From the NCBI GenBank assembly GCA_009785705.1, contig WQVS01000001.1, positions 6,689-70,688 of the forward strand: 64,000 bases of DNA, written 5' to 3'. Of this stretch, positions 55,852-64,000 are shown piece after piece. Every line of letters starts with the position of its first letter. The first letter of the stretch is position 1. Under the pieces are notes generated by a model. The model had not been told where the DNA came from. It did no database searches and worked only from the letters and a program-made list of their open reading frames with translations. Position numbers and translations under genes: made by a program. This stretch comes from Coriobacteriia bacterium (GTDB lineage: Bacteria; Actinomycetota; Coriobacteriia; WRKU01; WQUG01).

Positions 55852-58713
55852 ATGGATCGTCACATTGCAAGAAGTGTTACCTTCAAGAAATTATTCAGTT
55901 TTTTCTTAGCCATTGCTCTACTTACTTCAAGTCTAACTTCGGTGGCAGCGGCATTGCCAGACGCTTCACTATCTGGTGAAATAAGCCCCGCTACAAATAC
56001 TTTGCTTATCACTGACAGGCAGGTTGACCCAGACACCTCAAATGATATGGGCTTTATTAATGTGCCCAGAGTGCATGATGGGCGCATCTGGACAGACAAA
56101 AGCGTTACTCCTGGCCTAGAAGAAGATGACTTTACGGTCACGCTTTCAGCTCTTAGTCAGTCTTTTTCAACTATAGAGGGCTATGCAATTCCAGCAGACA
56201 CCGTATTTGTCATTGATGTGTCAGGCAGCATGGCAAATACTGATCCTGGAGCAGAGCTTTCCCGAATAACTTTTCTGATTGAAGCGCTCAATGAAGCTAT
56301 TGGCATACTTCAAGATGCTAACCCTCAGAATCGTCTTGCAGTTGTTGCTTATGGTGGCGTCAGTGGGGGATATGCAAGAGTGCAGCATGTTCTTGCTTTA
56401 GGTCGCTATACTGCAGTTGGTAGCAATTTTTTCTCAGTATCTGGATCAACAGTAACAGTTAATGCAAGTCCTGTACCTGGTTCGGGAGGAAATCGTGTTG
56501 TTTCCTCTCTTAGGGTCGAAGGGTCAACTCCTACACAGTGGGGCATCTATGAAGGCGCTCAAATTTTAGAGCAAGCTAGCACTACAGTAGTTGTGCCTAT
56601 GACAGACATTGATGGTACGGTTACCGATGTCACTGTTACGCGCAGACCAAACCTTGTACTTATGACTGATGGTGAACCAACCATGGGTTGGTCAAACTAT
56701 GCTTTTGACTCTGGTGTTGCTAGCAACCCTGTTATTCCTGGGTCCAGTGGAAATCAAATCGTAAGCCCCTTAGCCCCTGCAGGCTTTGTGGGGGATGGAT
56801 TGTATGGCGAGCTGGGTGTGAGCCTACTGACTGTACTAACAGCATCGCATAGAAAACAGTTAGTGCTTGACCACTATTTCCCCACAGGGACACCTAGTGG
56901 ACAAGCTGGGCAACCAGGACCCTCGGTAGGATTTTATACTATTGGCCTTGGTGCTCAGCCCACACAGGCAGCCACAGATCTTATCCGCGCAACGATGGAT
57001 CCCTTTAATGTCGCCACAGACAATAATGCTGATGCAATACATTCCAATATTCGAAGTAGCATGAATCTGCCCTCTGGTTATACGACAAACCCTTATGCAA
57101 GCCCTAGCGACCCTAGCATGGGTGATTTGCTCAGAAATTTTGCAGCAACTTCCGGGGCAAGTGCTGATTTCAATGCACAGCGCAGAATTGCTCATGGTAA
57201 TTATATTTGGGATGCGGCTCCAATAGAGGTCATAAATACTGTTGACTTAACGCTTCCTGACTTAGACTATGCCGATGCTTTTTTTGAGGCAACAAATCTT
57301 GATACGCTAAGAGATGCCTTTATGTCTATCACAACTGATATCCAAACCCAGAGCATCGAGATGGTCACTGATGTTCCTGGCGATAATCCAGATTTTGATG
57401 GCTGGCTTGTATTTTCTGACGTACTGGGAGAATACATGGAGTTCAGGGACGATCTTCAGCTATTCTTTGATGATATTCTGTATGCCAGAGACACTTTTGA
57501 CCTTTCCAACACAACGATATTGGACACCTACGCGCCTATTCTTTATGAGCACATGAATTATGGTGTAACTTCTTCTGCCCCAGAATATGTACCTCAAACA
57601 ATGATAGATCAGCTTCTTCAATTCAATATTGACGCTGGCAATACGAAGAGTGTTGTTTACTACGCAGATGCTAATAGAAACTTTATTGGCGCCACAAATC
57701 CCGGGGACGCAGCAGCTCGCGTGGAAGCATTCCCTATGATAGGAATCTTATCTGAACCTGTTGTATCTGGAGGGCAGACAAATTTGATGTACATTACAGT
57801 TCATGTACTTACTGCTCTTGAGGGAGGCACCTTTACAGAAGTTTATTCTCCTGCTGTTGGACCCAGCGGTGCTCATGTCCCTACTAATCGTACCTTGGTA
57901 GAGGGTGACCAAATAGTCCGTTGGTATATCCCTGCAAGTCTTATTCCTATGCGCAGCGTTGATGCGGAATCTGGTGAAGTAAGTGGAAACATAGATCCGA
58001 TTCGAATTAGCTACACTGTTGGATTAAATCAGGAACAAGTTCTTAATGGGGTATCTATTGAATATCTATATGCAAATGCGGCACCTGATGATTCAACTTA
58101 TTTCTATTCAAATAGATGGCGAAATAATGAAGATGTCACTCTGTCTTTTGAGAGACCCAATGCTCACAATCCTTTCTATCAACCTGGGAGGCCTGGCTTT
58201 AGTGAAGGAAGAGGCGTAATAATAAAGTCTGCGAACAATACCAAAACTGCTGGTCATTCGTCCTACGAACGCTCCCTTCCTTATGGTAACGACATTATCG
58301 ATTTAAACTGGCTAGGCAATAATGGTCGACTAACAATTCAATTACCTCAAGAGGAGGTCCCGCCACCACCTGAACCTCCCTTCGTAGACCCTCCATCAGA
58401 AGAGGAAACAACACCTCCACCACCTGAACCTCCCTTTGTGGAACCGCCACCTCCACCTGATGAGGAGACTCCACCTGCGCCTCCACCACCTCCACCAGGA
58501 GAAACCCCACCCCCAGGGGATGATGTAACACCTCCTCCAGATGATTCACAGGACTCAAGTCCAACATCATCAACAGTAGGGCCATCAACAGGCGATGACC
58601 TTCAGGCATATCACTATCTTGCATTGATGTTTTTAAGTGCTGCCTATATAAGTAGCATGTTTGCTTATGGGATTCGAAAAAAGCGACGCCACCTGGGACC
58701 TCGTGAATCCTAA
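55852..58713 (+). CDS. Large secreted vWA-domain surface protein with a Pro-rich stalk and a C-terminal TM anchor plus basic tail
   Basis: Signal peptide. MIDAS-like motif VFVIDVSGSM. C-terminal (PPPPEPPFV)n repeats. Hydrophobic segment followed by RKKRRHL. No canonical LPXTG. RBS AGGAGG sits 9 nt before ATG 55852; the ORF is also open from 55843. Confidence 0.7.
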   Translation: MDRHIARSVTFKKLFSFFLAIALLTSSLTSVAAALPDASLSGEISPATNTLLITDRQVDPDTSNDMGFINVPRVHDGRIWTDKSVTPGLEEDDFTVTLSALSQSFSTIEGYAIPADTVFVIDVSGSMANTDPGAELSRITFLIEALNEAIGILQDANPQNRLAVVAYGGVSGGYARVQHVLALGRYTAVGSNFFSVSGSTVTVNASPVPGSGGNRVVSSLRVEGSTPTQWGIYEGAQILEQASTTVVVPMTDIDGTVTDVTVTRRPNLVLMTDGEPTMGWSNYAFDSGVASNPVIPGSSGNQIVSPLAPAGFVGDGLYGELGVSLLTVLTASHRKQLVLDHYFPTGTPSGQAGQPGPSVGFYTIGLGAQPTQAATDLIRATMDPFNVATDNNADAIHSNIRSSMNLPSGYTTNPYASPSDPSMGDLLRNFAATSGASADFNAQRRIAHGNYIWDAAPIEVINTVDLTLPDLDYADAFFEATNLDTLRDAFMSITTDIQTQSIEMVTDVPGDNPDFDGWLVFSDVLGEYMEFRDDLQLFFDDILYARDTFDLSNTTILDTYAPILYEHMNYGVTSSAPEYVPQTMIDQLLQFNIDAGNTKSVVYYADANRNFIGATNPGDAAARVEAFPMIGILSEPVVSGGQTNLMYITVHVLTALEGGTFTEVYSPAVGPSGAHVPTNRTLVEGDQIVRWYIPASLIPMRSVDAESGEVSGNIDPIRISYTVGLNQEQVLNGVSIEYLYANAAPDDSTYFYSNRWRNNEDVTLSFERPNAHNPFYQPGRPGFSEGRGVIIKSANNTKTAGHSSYERSLPYGNDIIDLNWLGNNGRLTIQLPQEEVPPPPEPPFVDPPSEEETTPPPPEPPFVEPPPPPDEETPPAPPPPPPGETPPPGDDVTPPPDDSQDSSPTSSTVGPSTGDDLQAYHYLALMFLSAAYISSMFAYGIRKKRRHLGPRES

Positions 58714-58756
58714 ATAAAGGCCAAGCAGGATAGGTTCAGGGTCCTGTCTGTACAGT

Positions 58757-59599
58757 TTATGTTTTAGCGTCTCTGGACGGATGCATTTCAGGTAAATGTT
58801 TCCAGAGGCGCTTTGGCATGAATTGCTGGCGACGTTTCTCATTAATTCTTTCAGGAATGCATATTGCATCGTAGAATGCCTTCCATAAATCTTGATATTC
58901 TTCATTATCAAGGCTGACTTCTGGGGGTTGAGCATCTTCTACTTGACTAAGCATCCACTGACCACTTTCTGATATACCTGCAATCTGATGAACTTCGTCA
59001 TAAATGATGAAGGCTTGTATATTAAATCTTGCAGCGAAGTGGTCCATTACTAAGGGTAGGACGTTGTGCTTTGGGTTGATGGTAGCGTAATAAATTTCTC
59101 CTGAATTAGACTTAGGGTCAGAAGAGGGGACAGGGATGGTACTAAGCTTAGAATGAGCAGGTTCCGAATAGGGGGATTTGGTAGTCGCTACCTTTGCGAA
59201 GCGGACAAACATTATCATGCGCTGTTGTTCCATTCCAACACTGCGGTATAGCTCTTCAATGGGTAAGATGTCAGGATGCGAGATGTCGTCTAGAGCAACG
59301 CGGCCACGAGAAAAGCCTTGACGTAAGTAGCGATATATAAGCATCTCTTTGTCAGTTGTTGAGGCACAGTAGCAGGCACAAATCTTTTGCCAGGCTAAAC
59401 GACCCATCTTTTTGTGGATGCCCTTACGCACGCGACTCCAATGCTCTTCGACCGTAACAACGGGGTGAAGTACTTGTTCTAGCTGGTACTGCAAGCCTTG
59501 TTCGCAGGCAATATTATCTGGTTGTTCATTTCGTGTATATGCGTCAAAGATGCAGCAAAGCAATCCTTCCAGAGTATTGTCGTAGGTATATATCAGCAT
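58757..59599 (-). CDS. TIGR03915-like 'probable DNA metabolism protein' (partner of the radical SAM gene upstream)
   Basis: N-terminus MLIYTYDNTLEGLLCCIFDAY matches the family's characteristic start. It lies immediately downstream of the radical SAM gene on the same strand. Confidence 0.55.
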   Translation of the reverse strand: MLIYTYDNTLEGLLCCIFDAYTRNEQPDNIACEQGLQYQLEQVLHPVVTVEEHWSRVRKGIHKKMGRLAWQKICACYCASTTDKEMLIYRYLRQGFSRGRVALDDISHPDILPIEELYRSVGMEQQRMIMFVRFAKVATTKSPYSEPAHSKLSTIPVPSSDPKSNSGEIYYATINPKHNVLPLVMDHFAARFNIQAFIIYDEVHQIAGISESGQWMLSQVEDAQPPEVSLDNEEYQDLWKAFYDAICIPERINEKRRQQFMPKRLWKHLPEMHPSRDAKT

Positions 59600-59682
59600 T
59601 GTTTATTTCAACTTTGTTCGCGCGAGACAATTGGTGTACCTAGATGCGATAGAGAGCTCCAATTGGGGATACTTTACATTTC

Positions 59683-61125
59683 TCAAAACAATACCAACTG
59701 CCTTGAGGCTTCTTCTAGCTTGCGGGCCTGTTGAAAACTGCGCTTACGTGCCTCTTCACTGGTTAGACCCTGATAGATGGCTTGATGCTCAAATTTCAAA
59801 CCTTCACGATATTTTCCCTTTGCAGTAATAAACCACTGCGCGCGCTTCAGCACAATGCGCAGTGCTGCAAGGGCACTAAAGTCTAGGGCGCCTGACCTGC
59901 GTGCGCGCACAATCTTCTGTGCACCAGTAGGGCCAATACCTGGCACACGCACCAACTCTTCAATGGGGGCACGATTAACTTCAATAGGGAAGCGGTCTAA
60001 GTTGCGTAAGGCCCAAAGACACTTTGGGTCAAGTAGAGGATCAAGATGCGGCATGTCAGGAGAAAGTAGCTCATCTAATTCAAAGTTATAGAAGCGCAGC
60101 AGCCAGTCTGACTGATACAATCTATGTTCGCGCACTAACTGTACGCTACCATTGCTTTGTCCGTTTGGTTCGTACTGAATAAGGGAACTGTCTCCCACAG
60201 GAACATAGGCAGAATAAAACACGCGCTTCATATTGAACTTGTCGTATAGATTGACGGAAGTTCGCAAGATGTCATAGTCACTGTCGGGGCTTGCTCCAAT
60301 AATCATCTGTGTTGCTTGACCAGCAGGGGCAAAGCGTGCTGGCCTACCTAGTTTCCGCTGTGCGGGCATACAGTCATCAAGCCCTGTGCAGGTTCCGCGC
60401 ACTTCGCAAGTGCTACATCCTGCCGCAAGTCGTAAGGCAGACAAATCGTCACTCTTCCCAATCCTGCGACCACTATCATTGTTACGACTTTCACGTCGCC
60501 CTTTCCACTCCAGTAAGTACTGCCTGCTTTCCCCAATAGAGTCGCGAATTTGCCCCATAGGAGCAAAAATTGCTGAAGGATTCTTGTCGGGTGCTAATTT
60601 CTGCAGGCTTGCAGAGCTGGGCATCTCAATATTAATGCTGAGACGGTCAACCAGATATCCTAGTTGACTGATAATTTCAGGAGAGGCTCCGGGAATCCCT
60701 TTGGCATGAATATAACCATTGAAACCATAGTCATTGCGCAAAATACTCAAGGCAGCAATCATGCGAGCAGTTGCATAATCAGGGTCACCACTCACTCCAG
60801 AAGAAAGAAACAGCCCCTCAATATAGTTGCGACGATAGAATTCGATAACTAAATCAGCCAGCTCACGCGGTTCGAAGCTAGCGCGTGACTGGTCTTTGCT
60901 TACACGATTAGTGCAGTAAGCACAGTTATATTTGCAATCATTGCTCATAAGCACCTTAAGCAAAGCAATGCAGCGCCCGTCAGCAGAAAAGCTGTGACAA
61001 ATTCCCGCTGAGCAAGCATTCCCCAGCTGTCCTGGCAGGGCACTACGGTTTACTCCACTAGAAGTGCAGGCAGCATCATATTTGGCTGCCCCTGTAAGTA
61101 TTTCTAACTTTTGTTCGATATTCAT
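59683..61125 (-). CDS. Putative DNA modification/repair radical SAM protein (TIGR03916-like) with a C-terminal helix-hairpin-helix
   Basis: CKYNCAYC radical SAM motif near the N-terminus. C-terminal HhH (VPGIGPTGAQKIV). The ORF is open from 61176. ATG 61125 (MNIEQK...) is the likely start. Confidence 0.65.
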   Translation of the reverse strand: MNIEQKLEILTGAAKYDAACTSSGVNRSALPGQLGNACSAGICHSFSADGRCIALLKVLMSNDCKYNCAYCTNRVSKDQSRASFEPRELADLVIEFYRRNYIEGLFLSSGVSGDPDYATARMIAALSILRNDYGFNGYIHAKGIPGASPEIISQLGYLVDRLSINIEMPSSASLQKLAPDKNPSAIFAPMGQIRDSIGESRQYLLEWKGRRESRNNDSGRRIGKSDDLSALRLAAGCSTCEVRGTCTGLDDCMPAQRKLGRPARFAPAGQATQMIIGASPDSDYDILRTSVNLYDKFNMKRVFYSAYVPVGDSSLIQYEPNGQSNGSVQLVREHRLYQSDWLLRFYNFELDELLSPDMPHLDPLLDPKCLWALRNLDRFPIEVNRAPIEELVRVPGIGPTGAQKIVRARRSGALDFSALAALRIVLKRAQWFITAKGKYREGLKFEHQAIYQGLTSEEARKRSFQQARKLEEASRQLVLF

Positions 61126-61189
61126 ACTTTCAATAATATACAAACAAATATTCACTGTCAAACATGCGTTTGTCATTCAAGTAGCAAAT

Positions 61190-61384
61190 GATTATGCTAC
61201 ACTTGCTGCATCTGAAAACTCGGGAGCTGTCCTATTTAAACAGTGATGGCTGAGAGGCGGATACTACTGCATCCTTGTGCCCCATAGGGAAAGGAGGAGT
61301 CTGACCATTCTGGTCAATCAGACTCAGTAGCCGCGACCGAAAATACGGTGCCGGTAATGCGGCACACGGAGAAAGGAATATCTT
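61190..61384 (+). promoter_or_regulatory. Structured 5' leader of the ThiT-like gene. It is a candidate riboswitch; TPP-like elements are only partly matched.
   Basis: Contains GGCTGAGAGG and CATAGGGAAAGG, reminiscent of the thi-box CUGAGA and UAGGGAA. Hairpin GAGTCTGACCA...TGGTCAATCAGACTC. Hairpin GTGCCGgtaatGCGGCAC just before RBS GGAGAAAGG. Confidence 0.3.
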
Positions 61385-62005
61385 ATGAGAGATGTCCGCA
61401 TTCGACTAATTGCAGAAATTGGTCTAGCCGTAGCCCTATCCCTTGCGCTAAATGCAGTTTTTACTCTACTTATACCTTTTAGGATGCCTGCTGGCGGTAG
61501 TCTTTCCCTAATAATGCTACCAATTGTAGTGCTAGCACTTACACGCGGTTCCCTTGTGGGAATCACAGCGGGACTTCTTGTAGGCTTCTCTGACCTTATG
61601 TTTGGACCCTACATTATTTCGATTCCGCAGATGCTGCTAGATTACCCCATTGCCTACGGATTAGTGGGACTTGCAGGCCTTTTTGCTTTAAGGCCACTGA
61701 GTCAGGAAAAGGCTGCATCAAATCATGCAGGAGGGCAACCCGACCCGGCAGCAAAGCAGGTACCTTCAATAGCAAAATTAGTATTTTATGCCGTGCTGGG
61801 AACTGCGATTGGGGGTTTGGCACGTTTTGCTGCACATGTATTTTCAGGAGTCATCTTTTTTGGTCAGTATGCCCCAGATGTTCAAAACGTATGGCTTTGG
61901 TCTGCTCTCTATAATATTAGCTTCATGGGTCCCAACACAGTGGCAGTGGCAATCTGTGCAGCGCTAGCATTTCCCTTAATATATCGTGTAGTGCGGACAG
62001 CTTAG
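61385..62005 (+). CDS. thiT: ECF-type S-component, ThiT/YuaJ-like thiamine transporter
   Basis: Six TM helices. Block similarity to L. lactis ThiT (IRLIAEIGLAVALS...; LTRGSLVGITAGLLVGF...; GVIFFGQYAP...). Confidence 0.6.
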   Translation: MRDVRIRLIAEIGLAVALSLALNAVFTLLIPFRMPAGGSLSLIMLPIVVLALTRGSLVGITAGLLVGFSDLMFGPYIISIPQMLLDYPIAYGLVGLAGLFALRPLSQEKAASNHAGGQPDPAAKQVPSIAKLVFYAVLGTAIGGLARFAAHVFSGVIFFGQYAPDVQNVWLWSALYNISFMGPNTVAVAICAALAFPLIYRVVRTA

Positions 62006-62099
62006 CATTTAGATAGTCTGCATAGTCTGCGCTGTCTTCTGTCACTATAGTTACAGTGCGCCCCAGAAAAGCTTAGCTGCTTTCCGGCTGCGCTATACT

Positions 62100-63257
62100 A
62101 TGCCCATGGATTTTGTGGGAAAATTAAAAATCGATCGCCGTACAAAAGACCTTGTTAAGCGTCTTGAGCCTACTGATATTGCGCTGATTGATCACGTCGA
62201 CATGGATCGTGTTGCAGCCGAAAGTCTTATTGCTTCTGGTGTGCAAATAGTTATCAATGCGCAACCCTCAATATCGGGGGAATATCCTAATGTGGGACCA
62301 CTTCTCTTGATGCAGGCGGGGGTTGCACTTCTTGATAATATTGGGCAAGAACCTTTTGAAAACCTCAAGGAAGGTCAAAAGGTTTCGGTCAGTGATAGAG
62401 GCAATCTTTACAGGGGAAGTGAAGCTACCAGAAAAGGTTTTATAGCTTCGGGCACTTTCCAGACCCCTGAATCTATCGATAAGGCCTACCAGGAAGCGCA
62501 AAAACAGGTTAGTGCGCGCTTGGAAGAGTTTGCACAAAACACTCTAAGTTATCTGTCAAAAGAGAAAAATATCATCTCTGATGACCAGTGGATACCTCCA
62601 GTCACAGTTCCAATAGAGGATAAACATGTCCTAGTGGTTGTGCGTGGCTATCACTATAAGGAAGACCTAAAGGTATTGCGCTCCTATATTCGCGAAATGA
62701 AACCTGTGCTCATTGGGGTTGATGGTGGTGCTGATGCTCTGCTTGAAGCAGGTTTTAAGCCACACATTATAGTGGGCGATATGGACTCGGTTTCTCCTGA
62801 AGCATTAAAATCAGGGGCGGAGTTAATTGTCCATGCTTACGCAGATGGACGTGCCCCCGGCTTAGAGCCACTGCAGGAATTGGGTCTTGCCAATAGCGAG
62901 AAGACCTTTGTCTGGCCACTGACGGCCACCAGTGAAGATCTGGCTCTCTTGCTTGCCTGGGAAAAGGGCGCAGATCTTATTGTGGCGGTAGGTACGCACA
63001 ATAATCTGATTGAATATTTGGACAAGGGGCGCAAGGGTATGGCTTCAACCTTTCTAGTGCGCTTGAAGACGGGGCCAAAATTAGTGGATGCTAAGGGTGT
63101 TAGTAGGCTCTATAGGTCTAGTGTTTCACCCGGAATGCTCTTTCCTTTAATTTTTGCAGGATTGGTGGTACTACTGACCTTGTTCTCTGTATCCCCGGAT
63201 GCACGTAGCATTTTCCATCTTGTTGTATTGCAGATGCGCTTATTGTTGGGTTTATAA
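62100..63257 (+). CDS. steA: SteA-like putative cytokinetic-ring protein (thiamine pyrophosphokinase-like domain plus C-terminal TM)
   Basis: TPK-like core GVDGGADALLEAGFKPHIIVGDMDS. C-terminal membrane helix. Followed by a SteB-like gene. Confidence 0.5.
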   Translation: MPMDFVGKLKIDRRTKDLVKRLEPTDIALIDHVDMDRVAAESLIASGVQIVINAQPSISGEYPNVGPLLLMQAGVALLDNIGQEPFENLKEGQKVSVSDRGNLYRGSEATRKGFIASGTFQTPESIDKAYQEAQKQVSARLEEFAQNTLSYLSKEKNIISDDQWIPPVTVPIEDKHVLVVVRGYHYKEDLKVLRSYIREMKPVLIGVDGGADALLEAGFKPHIIVGDMDSVSPEALKSGAELIVHAYADGRAPGLEPLQELGLANSEKTFVWPLTATSEDLALLLAWEKGADLIVAVGTHNNLIEYLDKGRKGMASTFLVRLKTGPKLVDAKGVSRLYRSSVSPGMLFPLIFAGLVVLLTLFSVSPDARSIFHLVVLQMRLLLGL

Positions 63258-63365
63258 GCTAAGGTTGCCCTATGTTTATGCAAGTGAAGATTTTTAGTAG
63301 ACACAACACATGCCGCACTTACTTTTTCTATGACAGTGTTCATCGATTTTTGAGAGGTATCTCGT

Positions 63366-64000
63366 ATGTATAACATGCGCTATCATTTGGCATCACTGAT
63401 TGCAGTGTTTCTTGCACTGTCGATAGGTCTGCTCTTGGGCGGCCTTCTTGCAGAAAGCACCCCTGAGACAGTGCATGATACCCTGCTTGAAGGCATCGAG
63501 CGTGACATTGCACAAACACGAGAAACTAACGAGCGTGTATTGGCAGAAAATATCCTGGCCTTTACCTTTGCAGACATGTTGCTGGATGGCTTTACTGCAG
63601 ACAGGCTAGAGGACTACACAATTCTTTTACTGGGCGAAGAGGGACAAGAACTACAGCTAGCAGTAGACAGTCTTGAGAGTGCGGGGGCAAGAGTGATTCG
63701 CGCTACTCCAGAATTTGATGCAGCAAATGATTTGTGGACACTGCAAGATGATGTCGATTTGGATGTATTGAAATTTCACGGAATCGTTAATGTGTACCAA
63801 CCAGATAGCGAGACGAACGAATTTCTCAGCAGTTACTTTATCTACTTGAGAGAAGTACAAGAAGAACGTGAAGTTCCCTTGCTGTTTGCAACTATTGATG
63901 ACGTGGAAAGTGAGCTTGTATCCTACGCATGGGAAGAGGGTTTCTCTGGTACGAATCAGCTGGGAAATCGCTATGGAACCTATACTCTAGTAGTTTTACT
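63366..64000 (+). CDS. SteB/MctB-like membrane protein (3' end is outside the window)
   Basis: RBS GAGAGG lies 7 nt before ATG 63366. N-terminal TM (LASLIAVFLALSIGLLLGGLL). The frame is open to the window end. Confidence 0.45.
   Translation, partial: MYNMRYHLASLIAVFLALSIGLLLGGLLAESTPETVHDTLLEGIERDIAQTRETNERVLAENILAFTFADMLLDGFTADRLEDYTILLLGEEGQELQLAVDSLESAGARVIRATPEFDAANDLWTLQDDVDLDVLKFHGIVNVYQPDSETNEFLSSYFIYLREVQEEREVPLLFATIDDVESELVSYAWEEGFSGTNQLGNRYGTYTLVVL

Noticed and set aside
61190-61384. Confident call of a TPP riboswitch.
   Set aside because: CUGAGA and UAGGGAA-like blocks are present, but the P2/ACCC and CCUGAUC...GCG elements could not be matched by eye. It was downgraded to 'candidate structured leader'.
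1-64000. CRISPR arrays, rRNA genes, IS transposases and prophage structural genes.
   Set aside because: No array of regularly spaced repeats, no rRNA-like conserved stretches and no transposase or capsid or terminase-like ORFs were seen. The only recombinase is the xerD-family gene.

Overview
The window is a 64-kb chromosomal segment, probably from a Gram-positive actinobacterium. The dnaK-grpE-dnaJ-hspR order, the SteA/SteB-like pair, MurJ, Lgt and many Mo/W enzymes suggest Coriobacteriia, but the taxonomy is not provable from sequence alone. The segment is almost entirely coding and most genes are on the + strand. The layout is as follows. (i) Housekeeping genes: infB (C-terminal part), rbfA, nrnA-like, a TruB-FMN adenylyltransferase fusion, lgt, htrA-like, rlmH, a T-box-controlled orphan trpB2, ffh, a GT2 gene and murJ on the minus strand, pyrG and ald. 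(ii) A small accessory pocket with a DinD/Bro-N-like gene and a Phd/VapC toxin-antitoxin pair. (iii) A probable horizontally acquired defence islet downstream of a xerD-family recombinase. It holds a 976-aa MmeI-family type IIL restriction-modification gene carrying an in-frame G12 homopolymer (candidate phase-variation switch) and a compositionally foreign target-recognition domain. Translationally coupled to it is a DUF2971-like gene, followed by a lipoprotein gene. (iv) A large tungsten/molybdenum respiratory supra-cluster: tupABC, moeA, moaA, a MoaC-MOSC fusion, mog, a MobA-FdhD fusion, a cysteine desulfurase, a Tat-exported selenocysteine (in-frame UGA plus SECIS-like hairpin) formate dehydrogenase fdhABC, fdhE, mobB, a ~12-heme cytochrome c, a B12-binding radical SAM gene, two odd small membrane proteins, tatA/tatC and hypA/hypB. 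Two nearly identical ~150-180-nt non-coding elements sit in the long leaders of the tup-moco operon and of the fdh operon, 10,020 nt apart, and I regard this as the most interesting regulatory signal in the window. (v) The dnaK operon, tRNA-Leu(CAA) followed by a 21-bp direct repeat of its own 3' end, a vWA/proline-rich surface protein, a radical-SAM/TIGR03915-like putative DNA-modification pair on the minus strand, a ThiT-like transporter with a structured leader, and steA/steB-like genes. No rRNA, CRISPR array or transposase was seen.
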